A program made the translations under genes and the position numbers. A stretch of DNA of 24,518 nt from Octopus sinensis (lineage: Eukaryota), in contig NW_021836356.1 in assembly GCF_006345805.1 (NCBI RefSeq), positions 1 through 24,518 on the forward strand. Reading direction: 5' to 3'. The notes under the pieces are model-generated. The model was not told the DNA's origin, ran no database searches, and was given only the letters and a program-made list of their open reading frames with translations. Below are positions 11,848-21,777 of the stretch, piece by piece. Numbering within the stretch: the stretch's first letter is position 1; the number at the start of each line of letters is the position of its first letter.

Positions 11848-11904
<57 letters not shown>

Positions 11905-11972
11905 CATATATTATAAATATATACATACATAATATATATATGCATATATATATATATATAAATATTTATATA

Positions 11973-12068
<96 letters not shown>

Positions 12069-12082
12069 ACATACATATATAG
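11848..12082. repeat. (TA)n-rich microsatellite
   Basis: Direct inspection. Confidence 0.95.
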
Positions 12083-12780
12083 AGTAGCGAATATCCTTAG
12101 AAATATCACCACTAGTGACCTAGCATGTATAACTAGTCAATAGACTACATATTCCCAAATAAAAATGGTGTACATTTAAACGCAAGAGAAAACTACCTTT
12201 AACAGGTAATTTTACACGCTAGAAGAAGCAGTCAAAACGACCAAAACCACATTTAAAAGCAAGTTTCGAAGGGAATGAAAAATAAAAACTTTTACCTTGT
12301 TATTTTTTTGCGGTTATACCTAGGTTTCAAATTTCTTTAGCAAATAAAATAATTTGCTAGGCGAATTCTCATCAGTAACCGTGCCTTAACAACTAACTTA
12401 TAATTCAGAGACAAATAACACGTGTCTCATCATTAATTATATCATATATATTAATTATAACATATAATGATGAGACACGTATTTATTGGTTTATTTCACT
12501 CGTTTACTTGGATCACTTACACGTATGATTGTAATCAAATAATAAATAGATATAATTGAATGTTTACTGGCTGATGTTTGTTGATTGTATATCCTCTCCA
12601 TTTTCTAATTTGCCTTATAAATCCTGGGTAAATTCTTCTGCTTTACTCCCACCCATACCTAGTATTCAATTGGAAATTGCCATGCAATATTAACACTTAT
12701 CAATACAAAGGTACACATCCAGTAGTATATGGATATTCAATATCCCTTAGATGGTTACTTTGCCTCTAACTTATACGGAC
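12083..12780 (-). mobile_element. Probable Penelope-like (PLE)-derived non-autonomous segment carrying a hammerhead ribozyme
   Basis: About 700 bp bracketed by two (TA)n tracts, containing an intact type I hammerhead and a 16-bp inverted repeat, with no ORF. The boundaries are inferred only from the flanking TA tracts. Confidence 0.5.
12311..12381 (-). ncRNA. Type I hammerhead ribozyme (Penelope/retrozyme type, palindromic stem III)
   Basis: Minus strand CGGUUA CUGAUGA GAAUUCGCC UAGCAAAU UAUUUU AUUUGCUA AAGAAAUUU GAAAC CUAG GUA/ UAACCG. Stem I is 6 bp (CGGUUA/UAACCG), the core is canonical CUGAUGA and GAAA, stem II has an 8-bp distal helix, stem III is the palindrome ACCUAGGU and the cleavage triplet is GUA (cut between + 12317 and 12316). 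Confidence 0.9.
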
Positions 12781-12838
<58 letters not shown>

Positions 12839-12848
12839 TATGAATGAA

Positions 12849-13010
12849 AATGAATGAAACAACTTAATTAACATCGACATGATTAACACCAACCTAATTA
12901 ACACCACCAACATATTCAAATGAACAACGCATCAACCGAAATGGAAGTTTCTGAACACAGCGCATATACATACATACATATATACACTCGCACATACATA
13001 CACACAAACA
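12849..13010 (+). repeat. Direct repeat, copy 1 (162 bp)
   Basis: Matches 13625-13787 with one substitution and one 1-nt indel. Confidence 0.95.
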
Positions 13011-13237
13011 GAGGCGGCGAGCTGGCAGAAACGTTAGCGCGCCGGGCGAAATGCTTAGCAGTATTTCGTCTGTCGTTACGTTCTGAGTTCAAATTCCGCC
13101 GAGGTCGACTTTGCCTTTCATCCTCTCGGGGTCGATAAATAAAGTACCAGTTTCGCACTGGGTCGATGTAATCGACTTAATCCCTTTGTCTGTCCTTGTT
13201 TGTCCCCTCTATGTTTAGCCCCTTGTGGGTAGTAAAG

Positions 13238-13242
<5 letters not shown>
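13011..13242 (+). mobile_element. tRNA-derived SINE, family B
   Basis: GGCGGCGAGCTGGCAGAAACG (A-box-like) ... GAGTTCAAATTCCGCC (B-box-like; GGCGG/CCGCC can pair as an acceptor stem), then GTCGACTTTGCCTTTCATCC... body. Near-identical copy at 20825-21047. Confidence 0.9.
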
Positions 13243-13278
<36 letters not shown>

Positions 13279-13321
13279 GTGTGTGTGTGTGTGTGTGTCC
13301 CAGTAGCGCTGTGTGTGTCTC

Positions 13322-13492
13322 ACTAACTGGTATTAGTGTGTTTACGTCCCAGTAACCTAGAGGTTCGGCAAAAAGCAGACTAATAGATTAAACACTAGGC
13401 TTTCAAGAAAAATCAGTACTGGGGTCGATTCATTCGACTTAAACATTTTCAAGGCGGTGCTCCAGCATGGCCGCACTCAAACAAGTAGAAGA
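13322..13492 (+). mobile_element. Degenerate 3' half of a family A-type SINE
   Basis: GTGTGTTTACGTCCC...GGTTCGGCAAAA...GGGGTCGAT...GGCGGTGCTCCAGCATGGCCGC...AAACAAGTAGAAGA matches the reverse complement of ~530-700. Confidence 0.7.
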
Positions 13493-13624
13493 TAAAGGAT
13501 AATAAATTTTGAAGACAATGAGCTGATTTTAATGAGGACTTGGCTGCTGTTTCAAGCAGGTCGAGTGACCACGTACAATCTTCGTTGTTTGTTCGTGATC
13601 TGTTTGCAAATTAAGTTAGTTGAC

Positions 13625-13787
13625 AATGAATGAAACAACTTAATTAACATCGACATGATTAACAGCAACCTAATTAACACCACCAACATATTCAACATGA
13701 ACAACGCATCAACCGAAATGGAAGTTTCTGAACACAGCGCATATACATACATACATATATACACTCGCACATACATACACACAAACA
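13625..13787 (+). repeat. Direct repeat, copy 2 (163 bp)
   Basis: See 12849-13010. Confidence 0.95.
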
Positions 13788-14287
13788 TACATACACACAT
13801 ACATACACACATACATACATACATACATACATACACACATACATACATACACACATACATACACACACATACATACACATATACATACACACACATACAT
13901 ACATATATGCATACATACATGTATATAAGTGTTTGTACGTGTGCATGTATGTATAACCAGACTCACACACATTCACAGATACACACACACACATATATGT
14001 ATATACATATATGCATATATGTATATACATATATACATACATGCATACATACATGTATATAAGTGTTTGTGCATGTATGTATACCCAGACTCACACACAT
14101 TCACAGATACACACACACACATATATATATATATATACTACATGCATATATGTATATATATATATGTACATACATGCATATATGTGTATATATCTATACA
14201 TATATACATACACACACACACGAGCACACATTATATATATATACAAACACATTCACACACACGCATACACGGATATATTTATACGTA

Positions 14288-14348
<61 letters not shown>

Positions 14349-14352
14349 GATA
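13788..14352. repeat. Compound CATA/CA/TA/CT array with an internal ~75-bp duplication
   Basis: GTATATAAGTGTTTGT...CCAGACTCACACACATTCACAGATACAC occurs at ~13921 and ~14056. Confidence 0.9.
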
Positions 14353-14858
14353 TATCGTGTGTGTATCTCTGTGCTTTTGTAAGTGCATCTATTGTGTTTG
14401 CTAACTCTTGATAAATAAACGGAAATTTACAGTTCACAGCTGACCCAAATGATACGGCAAACAAGAACGTCAATGTTTCATGGGTTGTTGTATCGTGTAT
14501 AGAGATATCTCTTAGTCAAGATACTCAACTAAATTACACTTGGTTGCATCTAATTTATTTTACGCTTCGCCATTAGATGCCGATGATAGAACACAGAGCA
14601 AATATGAAAAATGTGTGCTGACATGCAGAGGTGCAAAAGGGGGCACAGTCATATTGATAAGGTTACAGGCCTTGACGAAAGAACTTTGACGACATAATAA
14701 TACATCAGTTCATTTATTTGCGACTTAATTAACCAGTTATCTAATTTACGGAGCATAAAGAAGTAGTGAAATGCAATTAGCGCGTATGATTTAATTCACA
14801 GTTTAACCTTCAAAAATTGAACTAGTATTCACTTGGCTATCATTCATTTACTTCATGA

Positions 14859-14861
<3 letters not shown>

Positions 14862-14903
<42 letters not shown>

Positions 14904-15008
14904 CATTATTATTATTATTATCATCGTCATCATCATCATGATCATCATCATGATCATGATCATGATCATCATCATGATCATCATTATTATTATTATTAAT
15001 TATTATTA

Positions 15009-15047
<39 letters not shown>

Positions 15048-15088
15048 ATTATTAATTATTATTATTATTATTATATTATTATTATTAA

Positions 15089-15119
<31 letters not shown>

Positions 15120-15120
15120 A

Positions 15121-15155
<35 letters not shown>

Positions 15156-15202
15156 CATTATCATTATTATTATTATTATTATCATCATCATTATTATCAT
15201 TA
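14862..15202. repeat. (ATT)n/(ATC)n compound trinucleotide array
   Basis: Direct inspection; reads (TAA)n on the minus strand directly after the LINE 3' end. Confidence 0.95.
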
Positions 15203-15540
15203 TATGTTTGACTTTTGCTTTGTATTTGTACAAGTTGACTACAAGTCTCACCCAGAGACCTCCAGAAACAACAAATTAGAAGTTCATGTTGGTGTTTTGC
15301 CTAGGGTACCATATATTTGGTTTTGTACATAGTATTGTTCAAGAGAATGTTTAAGAAAACAGAAGAAAATTATGTGTTTGTTTTAAAATTTGAGACAGCA
15401 TTTTACGTAGGATATAGGGCAGTCCCCATAAGCACTATCTTTTGAATTTCTGCCATTTTGGGGTTTCCTGAGCTAGGTAGCAATCAACCCTTTTTGTTAT
15501 CATTCCTAGGGCACCTATGACAACAAGTATTGCTATGATA
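15203..15540 (-). mobile_element. 3' end of a second R4/Dong-like RLE LINE (family beta)
   Basis: Minus strand translates ILVVIGALGMITKRVDCYLAQ, then after a frameshift AEIQKIVLMGTA(H)ILRKMLS (1-nt insertion at the H codon). These are the P.VIGALG and Q..V..GT..ILRK C-terminal motifs of R4/Dong elements. A 3' UTR follows and runs into (TAA)n. Confidence 0.8.
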
Positions 15541-16029
15541 TTGCTATGATAAATACTTCTGTTTCTGATTTTAAGCCAGAAGACACTAACTATTGATGGG
15601 TAAGGGCTTTGCGATGTATGTCTAGTAACTATGGATATTAAAATTTATCTATGATTGTGTAGACATTCGAGTGTAAGCATAATTAATCAATTTATGTACT
15701 TACTGTTGTGTTCCACTCATATTTTATAATTTTTAAACTTTCTGATGTTGATTTTGTGTGGGCCTTTCGCACATGTTTCACTGAGACATCGTGCACGGGA
15801 GAAGCTGTGCTTTGTATGGCAGTAAAATTTCGTTTTTGTGATTATTTTCGTTAAAAGGCCGCTTCTTTCAAGTCTTCCACAGGTTCTTTTATCCAATTTC
15901 ACCGATATTATTCGATTAGATTTGTTTTTGAATGGAGAGCCCGGTGTAGTACATCCATGTTGATATTCAGTGCGGAGATCTCTTCCTTTTCAGCACCATG
16001 TTCTCCATTGTTATTCAGCGCGGAAGCGA

Positions 16030-16558
16030 GAGAGCAGTGCATACCATCAAAGTGACACCGGGGTAAAACATGCGAAGCCCAGTATACTCATCATGACTAC
16101 CTTTCCGATAAGAGTACACCAGGCACATGCATCACAACCATATGTACGCGATATGGTGATCTCATATCAAGATAAACAACGCATAACATTGCAGGCGGGG
16201 GTCACGATTTTCTTCACTTCGAGTAGCTTATCCCGCTCAAAAGGTCCCTGAATAAGGGTTGTTTAAAGATGTTCAAGAAAACACCCATGTTTATAGAGGT
16301 GAATTAAACTCCAAAGAATCCCTCTCAACACAAAGCTATGATGCTCCCCCACTACTTCTGCTCGTGATCAGAGATTCGCATATCGTCAGCCACTAAAGGG
16401 CATACTCAACTGGTTAAAGGTCAGACAACTGACAAACAAATCTGTCGTATCGAGCACAGAATATTTGCTATATCCCATATTTTATACCAGGACAAAACAC
16501 TTCCAATCAGTTAAGATCAGAAGTCACGAGAGCCACTGTCTGTTACTGCATTAGGGCA
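16030..16558 (+). mobile_element. Probable LINE 3' UTR / non-autonomous retroposon remnant with (ATT)n tail
   Basis: GC-richer non-coding block ending ...CTGCATTAGGGCAG directly into ~135 bp of (ATT)n. It resembles a high-copy octopus repeat from recall only. The 5' boundary is uncertain and there is no second copy in the window. Confidence 0.45.
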
Positions 16559-16695
<137 letters not shown>

Positions 16696-16867
16696 TGATG
16701 AAAACTCACAGCTTATTTTGTGAACTGGAACTTTATCGATATCGATGAGATGAAAGACATAGCTGACCTTTCAATCTTGCAGTAAAGAAAGTCTGAACAA
16801 ACATCGGTCATTTAAAATCTCTGCTAGCACGACTGCATGCATACATACATACATACATACATACATA

Positions 16868-17314
16868 AACAGCGTAAGTTAACATTAAGCTAAAGATCAG
16901 CGAAAAAAAACACTCATTAGAAATCTTGAATTACTCTATCTGAACAACAAGTTCAGGTTTATACCGGTAATTACTTGGGCATTGGTATATGTAACACACT
17001 GCCTAAATACCACTCTTGAGAAATTAGGCTTCTCAAAACCAGAAAGGAGAAAGCTAATTCGAAGGCTACAGATCCAATCCATCACTGGAACTGTAAAAAT
17101 CTGTAAAACCTTCCAGAAGTTTATCGTTTAAGTATATATGTGCATTTTTAGATATGCATGAGGATACATACATAAAATAAAACATACAAATCTGCACATA
17201 TACATGCATACATACATGCGCACATACAAAAATACCCAGTTGATGTTTTTGAAATTCCAGTGACGGTTAGAAACCGGCCGTGTTTTGCTATTGGCAAGAA
17301 ATAAAACTGCATAA
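16868..17314 (+). mobile_element. 5'-truncated R4/Dong-like RLE LINE, family alpha, copy 3
   Basis: In-frame LIRNLELLYLNNKFRFIPVITWALVYVTHCLNTTLEKLGFSKPERRKLIRRLQIQSITGTVKICKTFQKFIV* (stop 17129-17131). Collinear with 8790-9280 including the 3' UTR, and preceded by a CATA tract at ~16838-16867. Confidence 0.85.
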
Positions 17315-17863
17315 TGACATAAAAGCATGCATAGATGCATATATTATGCATCATATATGTGTAAAGGGCTGTGCGTGAATGTGTATGTATGTATTTGTGT
17401 GTTTGTGTTTGTGTGTATGTAACCATTGACAACGGGTCCTGCACGAGATGAGTCACTTAGAAGAGAGTCAACCTGAAGTTATATCAAAAGAATCAGCTCA
17501 AGATACAATGCAATAAGATGGATTGAATGCCTTAGTTACAAAGCCATGCATGGTGGCCAAGGCTCGCCACTGTATTTGATTAAACATTTGTACTGGGTTC
17601 AATTCACCCCCCCCAGTATGGTTTGTAAATGTTTTCTGATAGTATGACTTGCTCCATATAATCACCAGTGAAAGAAAAATTTTAAGGGTTCCTTATGGCT
17701 TTAGCAACCAATTTTCAAGAAATCTCGGCATCCTTATTAATTTTGAAGAATCTTTTGGTGTGTTATAGGGGCCATTACTTGACCCATCGATCGATCGATC
17801 GATCCATCGATCCATCCATCTATCCGTCAGCCCATCCATTCATCTTCTCTACCCACCATTTAT

Positions 17864-18185
17864 GGGAGGATTGTGGAGGTAGAGTCTTCAGTCACATTCT
17901 CTATCGGACTCAAAATCATTAGATTTTCCGGATCGATTCTGAAACACTACCGACTGAAGCTATGGATATTATCCAACCATCTCTTTCTTGGTCTATCGAT
18001 TAGGTCTATTGCCAGTGGCTTAGCTTGAAGCATAGGTCTTGTGATAGGTCTTTCCTGAAACATTCTATTCGCATGGCCGAAGTACCTGAGCAGTGACTTT
18101 TCAAGCCAAGAGGTAGAGGCTGAAACTGAAGAGGCGCCTTGATCTCCGAGCTGCGTACCTTGTTGAGTAACACCAGTGGTGTCTT
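17864..18185 (-). mobile_element. Old RTE-clade LINE C-terminal remnant (Expander/Rex3-like)
   Basis: Minus strand translates LLNKVRSSEIKAPLQFQPLPL, then EKSLLRYFGHANRMFQERP...DRPRKRWLDNI. This matches the RTE C-terminal pattern D.VRSS.IRE.L..EPLL..IE.SQLRW.GH..RM...GRPR.RW.D. Confidence 0.75.
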
Positions 18186-19039
18186 ATTTCATCTACTAGT
18201 ATTTACGATTGTATTATTTCTGTTTAGTTTCCAGACACAATTTGCCTTATATTGAGAATGATCCTGAAAGTGTCAACAGTGAACAATGTTGATTAGAGTC
18301 ACAATCACTTTACAATCCTAAAATAAACACGGTATTATTATGACCGAAATTAATAAGATACTTAAATGATAAACTTTAAGTATATCATTTTTGAATCATA
18401 AATTTGGCATAGAACACTTCCTTTAAGATTTCTCTGTCCAAGTTATTACAAATGCGATAATAACTTGTTCATGAGATTTGACGGGATCAGACATTTGAAT
18501 TTTTGAATTAAGGTATTTAGAAAAAGAAATACGTAGAAGTCAAATATTAAATTCTATATTGTTTAATTATTACGACGTTCTGAAAATTTGTAATCTGTGG
18601 TGATCACGTAGGGTACTATTTCATTCCTCTTTGAAGTCCTCTGTCCTATACTTTTGTCTATTCATTTTAGTTTGTTTCGTTGCATATTCAATATCGTTAG
18701 CTTCGTTTTATGAAAGAACAGTAAAGTAAAAAAATCGATGCTTTCTTTCCTGTTTTCGACTAATATTACTCTGATCTAAAGAGCTCGTAGCATAATTTAG
18801 CATTTTGATTTTACTCAATATTGGACGTTCAGAATAATCTAATGAAAGATATCCATAAAAATTCTTTCTTTAATACTCTGTTTCTTTCTTTCTTTCCCCT
18901 GGAATTTAACATTTATTTAATCTTCTGTATAAAGTATCCACTTGAGCACATAAAATGCGATGTTCTCGAAAAGATAGGCACACATACAGAATGTATGTAT
19001 AGATATATATCTATCTTCATGTCTTCTTTCCGCCTATCG

Positions 19040-19041
19040 AC

Positions 19042-19121
<80 letters not shown>

Positions 19122-19196
19122 GTGTATCTATCTATATATATGTATCTATATATACATGCATATATATGTGTATATATATATATGCATATATATGTA

Positions 19197-19232
<36 letters not shown>

Positions 19233-19445
19233 AATGAGAAAGATATATATATATATATGCACATGTATGTATATATATGTATGTATGTGTATGTGTGTAT
19301 CGATATACATACATATATATATATATGAATATGTTGTGTGTGTGTTTGTTACGTATTCATATATATACGCGCACTTGCACAAGCATGCGTGCGTTTGTTG
19401 TGTGTGACTGCATGCGTGCGTGCGTGCGTGTGCATGTGTGTGCGT
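19040..19445. repeat. Compound TA/TG/TATG microsatellite
   Basis: Direct inspection. Confidence 0.9.
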
Positions 19446-19914
19446 GGGTGTTTGATGACCTAAATATTCCTGAATTCCTTTAAAGTTTTCTGTCTTTCGG
19501 TTGAAGCCATATATGTTTTTTTAAAATTTTTATTACTAACATCTAAACATACGCATTCTAAAAGAGTAATTTCATTTTACGCATATATTCTCATACATGT
19601 ATACACATACACATACACTGATACATACATTGCATAAAGAAATATACATTCTTACATATACACATGAATCTTATTTACTAGCATCTGTACATATAGAGAT
19701 CGGACTATCTCCTTAGTTCCTTCATTGAATTTCTTGTTAACTTGCCATAAACCCACATACAAGGAAAGCAAAATCAGGGGAGTTACAGAAGTATTTGAAT
19801 ATTCATTACATTTTCCCTAAAATGTACCAGCTTTATTTTCGTACTCATACACACACGCACAAATACATACATAGATACACACATACATACATACATAATA
19901 TATATATATATATA

Positions 19915-20789
19915 TATCCGTAATAATGAAGGGTGAAATTAATTAATTTGGAATAATTATCAATTACACCAAGTAGTCTTCGGCATGTAAAAGCCTCATT
20001 CGAGGAAAATTTAAGCAATAAAGGGTTTAGCAACGAATTGCCTTACCACATACCGAATTTAGAAATAGCAGTCAAAGAGTTATAGCTATTTCTTCTACTA
20101 AAAAGGGAGATCTCAGTAAAAACAGCAATTGGAAGGCAGACACAAACAGGTAAGAGAGAATGAATTGACGGCAATCTATCATACAATTTTAAGTTATCTA
20201 CGGACGTACGTTTCGAAATCAAGTTTTTAGGAAAGCATAAGAATTAAATATTAAATAATTCTATCTCACCAAAACTTCTTTTCTCTTCAGTAGAATACTA
20301 TAATCATAATGATTATATATTGAATTTTGAGATACTAGAAGGCACACTCAACTCAGTATCAGAGCGAGCTAGAATCCGCAACTAGTATCACCAAATTCAA
20401 TGTGTGAATGAAAAGATTGTGTCACCAGCCCCTTCCTACCCGCGTGTAGCCAAAACAAGATGCTGTGGTCATCTACTGAGATAAAATATGGTTATCCGTA
20501 ATAATGAAGGGTGAAATTAATTAATTTGGAATAATTATCATTACAACACCAAGTAGTCCTCGGCATGTAAAAGCCTCATTCGAGGAAAATTTAAGTAATA
20601 CTAAACAATAAAGGGTTTAGCAACGAATTGCCTTACCACATACCGAATTTAGAAATAGCAGTCAAGAGTTATAGCTATTTCTTCTACTAAAAAGGGAGAT
20701 CTCAGTAAAAACAGCAATTGGAAGGCAGACACAAACAGGTAAGAGAGAATGAATTGACGGCAATCTATCATACAATTTTAAGTTATCTA
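19915..20789 (-). mobile_element. Non-autonomous Penelope-like / retrozyme-like element: ~589-nt unit in partial tandem (~1.5-mer) with hammerhead
   Basis: Direct repeats at 19915-20200 and 20493-20789 differ by a few indels/substitutions. The unique spacer holds a hammerhead and hairpins. No ORF; (TA)n lies on both flanks. Confidence 0.8.
20197..20294 (-). ncRNA. Type I hammerhead ribozyme, stem I imperfect
   Basis: Minus strand UCUA CUGAAGA G-[long stem II: AAA/UUU, AAGUUUU/AAAACUU, AGAAUUA/UAAUUCU]-C GAAAC GUAC GUC/ CG UAGA. Core CUGAAGA at + 20284-20290, G10.1-C11.1 pair present, stem III palindrome ACGUACGU, GUC triplet (cut between + 20203 and 20202). Stem I is only 4 bp and offset by a CG dinucleotide. 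Confidence 0.72.
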
Positions 20790-20824
20790 TTGCTTAGTAA
20801 TATATAATATATATATATATATAA

Positions 20825-21047
20825 GAGGCGGCGAGCTGGCAGAAACTGGGCGAAATGCGTAGCCGTATTTCGTCTGCCGTTACGTTCTGAGTTCAAATTC
20901 CGCCGAGGTCGACTTTGCCTTTCATCCTTTTGGGGTCGATAAATTAAGTACCAGTTACGCACTGGGGTCGATGTAATCGACCTAATCCCTTTGTCTGTCC
21001 TTGTTTGTCCCTTCTGTGTTTAGCCCCTTGTGGGCAATAAAGAAATA
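20825..21047 (+). mobile_element. tRNA-derived SINE, family B
   Basis: Near-identical to 13011-13242 except for a ~10-nt deletion in the tRNA-like head. Confidence 0.9.
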
Positions 21048-21101
21048 TATATATATACAAACACACACACACACTCACACACACACACATACACACACAC
21101 A

Positions 21102-21156
<55 letters not shown>

Positions 21157-21170
21157 GTGTGTGTGTGTGA
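21048..21170. repeat. (TA)n(CA)n(TG)n microsatellite
   Basis: Direct inspection. Confidence 0.9.
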
Positions 21171-21360
21171 TCCGTTCGACATCTGACGCGTGGTACAGAC
21201 TGCACCTGCTTAGGCAACGTCGATTTGATGGAGAGTGAGTGAATGTGCGGCCCGAACATTTGATCCCTATAAATAAATCAGTTGTGCAGGTAATTCGGTA
21301 AAAGCTGAACACCCATACATAGTTTTCGACGGGAGAGTCCATCATATATATATATATATA

Positions 21361-21671
21361 TCACGTGATCACGTGACCGACCAGACCATCAGATGTTGTT
21401 ACACATCGCTGGTCACAATGCGTTCGCATTGTTTTAGCCTTCGAGCGACGCCACCCCGCTGGCTAAGCGAGCAGGCCAACAGTAGAAAGAGCGAGAGAAA
21501 GAGTGGTGAAAGAGTAAAGCAGGGATCACCACCACCCCCTGCCGGAGCCTCGTGGAGCTTTTAGGTGTTTTCGCTCAGTAAACACTCACAACGCCCGGTC
21601 TGGGAATCGAAACCGCGATCCTACGACCGCGAGTCCGCTGCCCTAACACCACTGGGCCATTGCGCATCCAC
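21361..21671 (-). mobile_element. tRNA-derived SINE, family C, tail type 2
   Basis: Head GGCCCAGTGGTGTTAGGGCAGCGGACTCGCGGTCGTAGGATCGCGGTTTCGATTCCC and body match 2900-3101. The 3' ~115 nt (21361-21477) are unrelated to the tail of the other copy and end GGTCACGTGATCACGTGA before (TA)n. Confidence 0.85.
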
Positions 21672-21694
21672 ACACACACCACACACACACACAG

Positions 21695-21762
<68 letters not shown>

Positions 21763-21777
21763 TGAGCCAGTATATGT

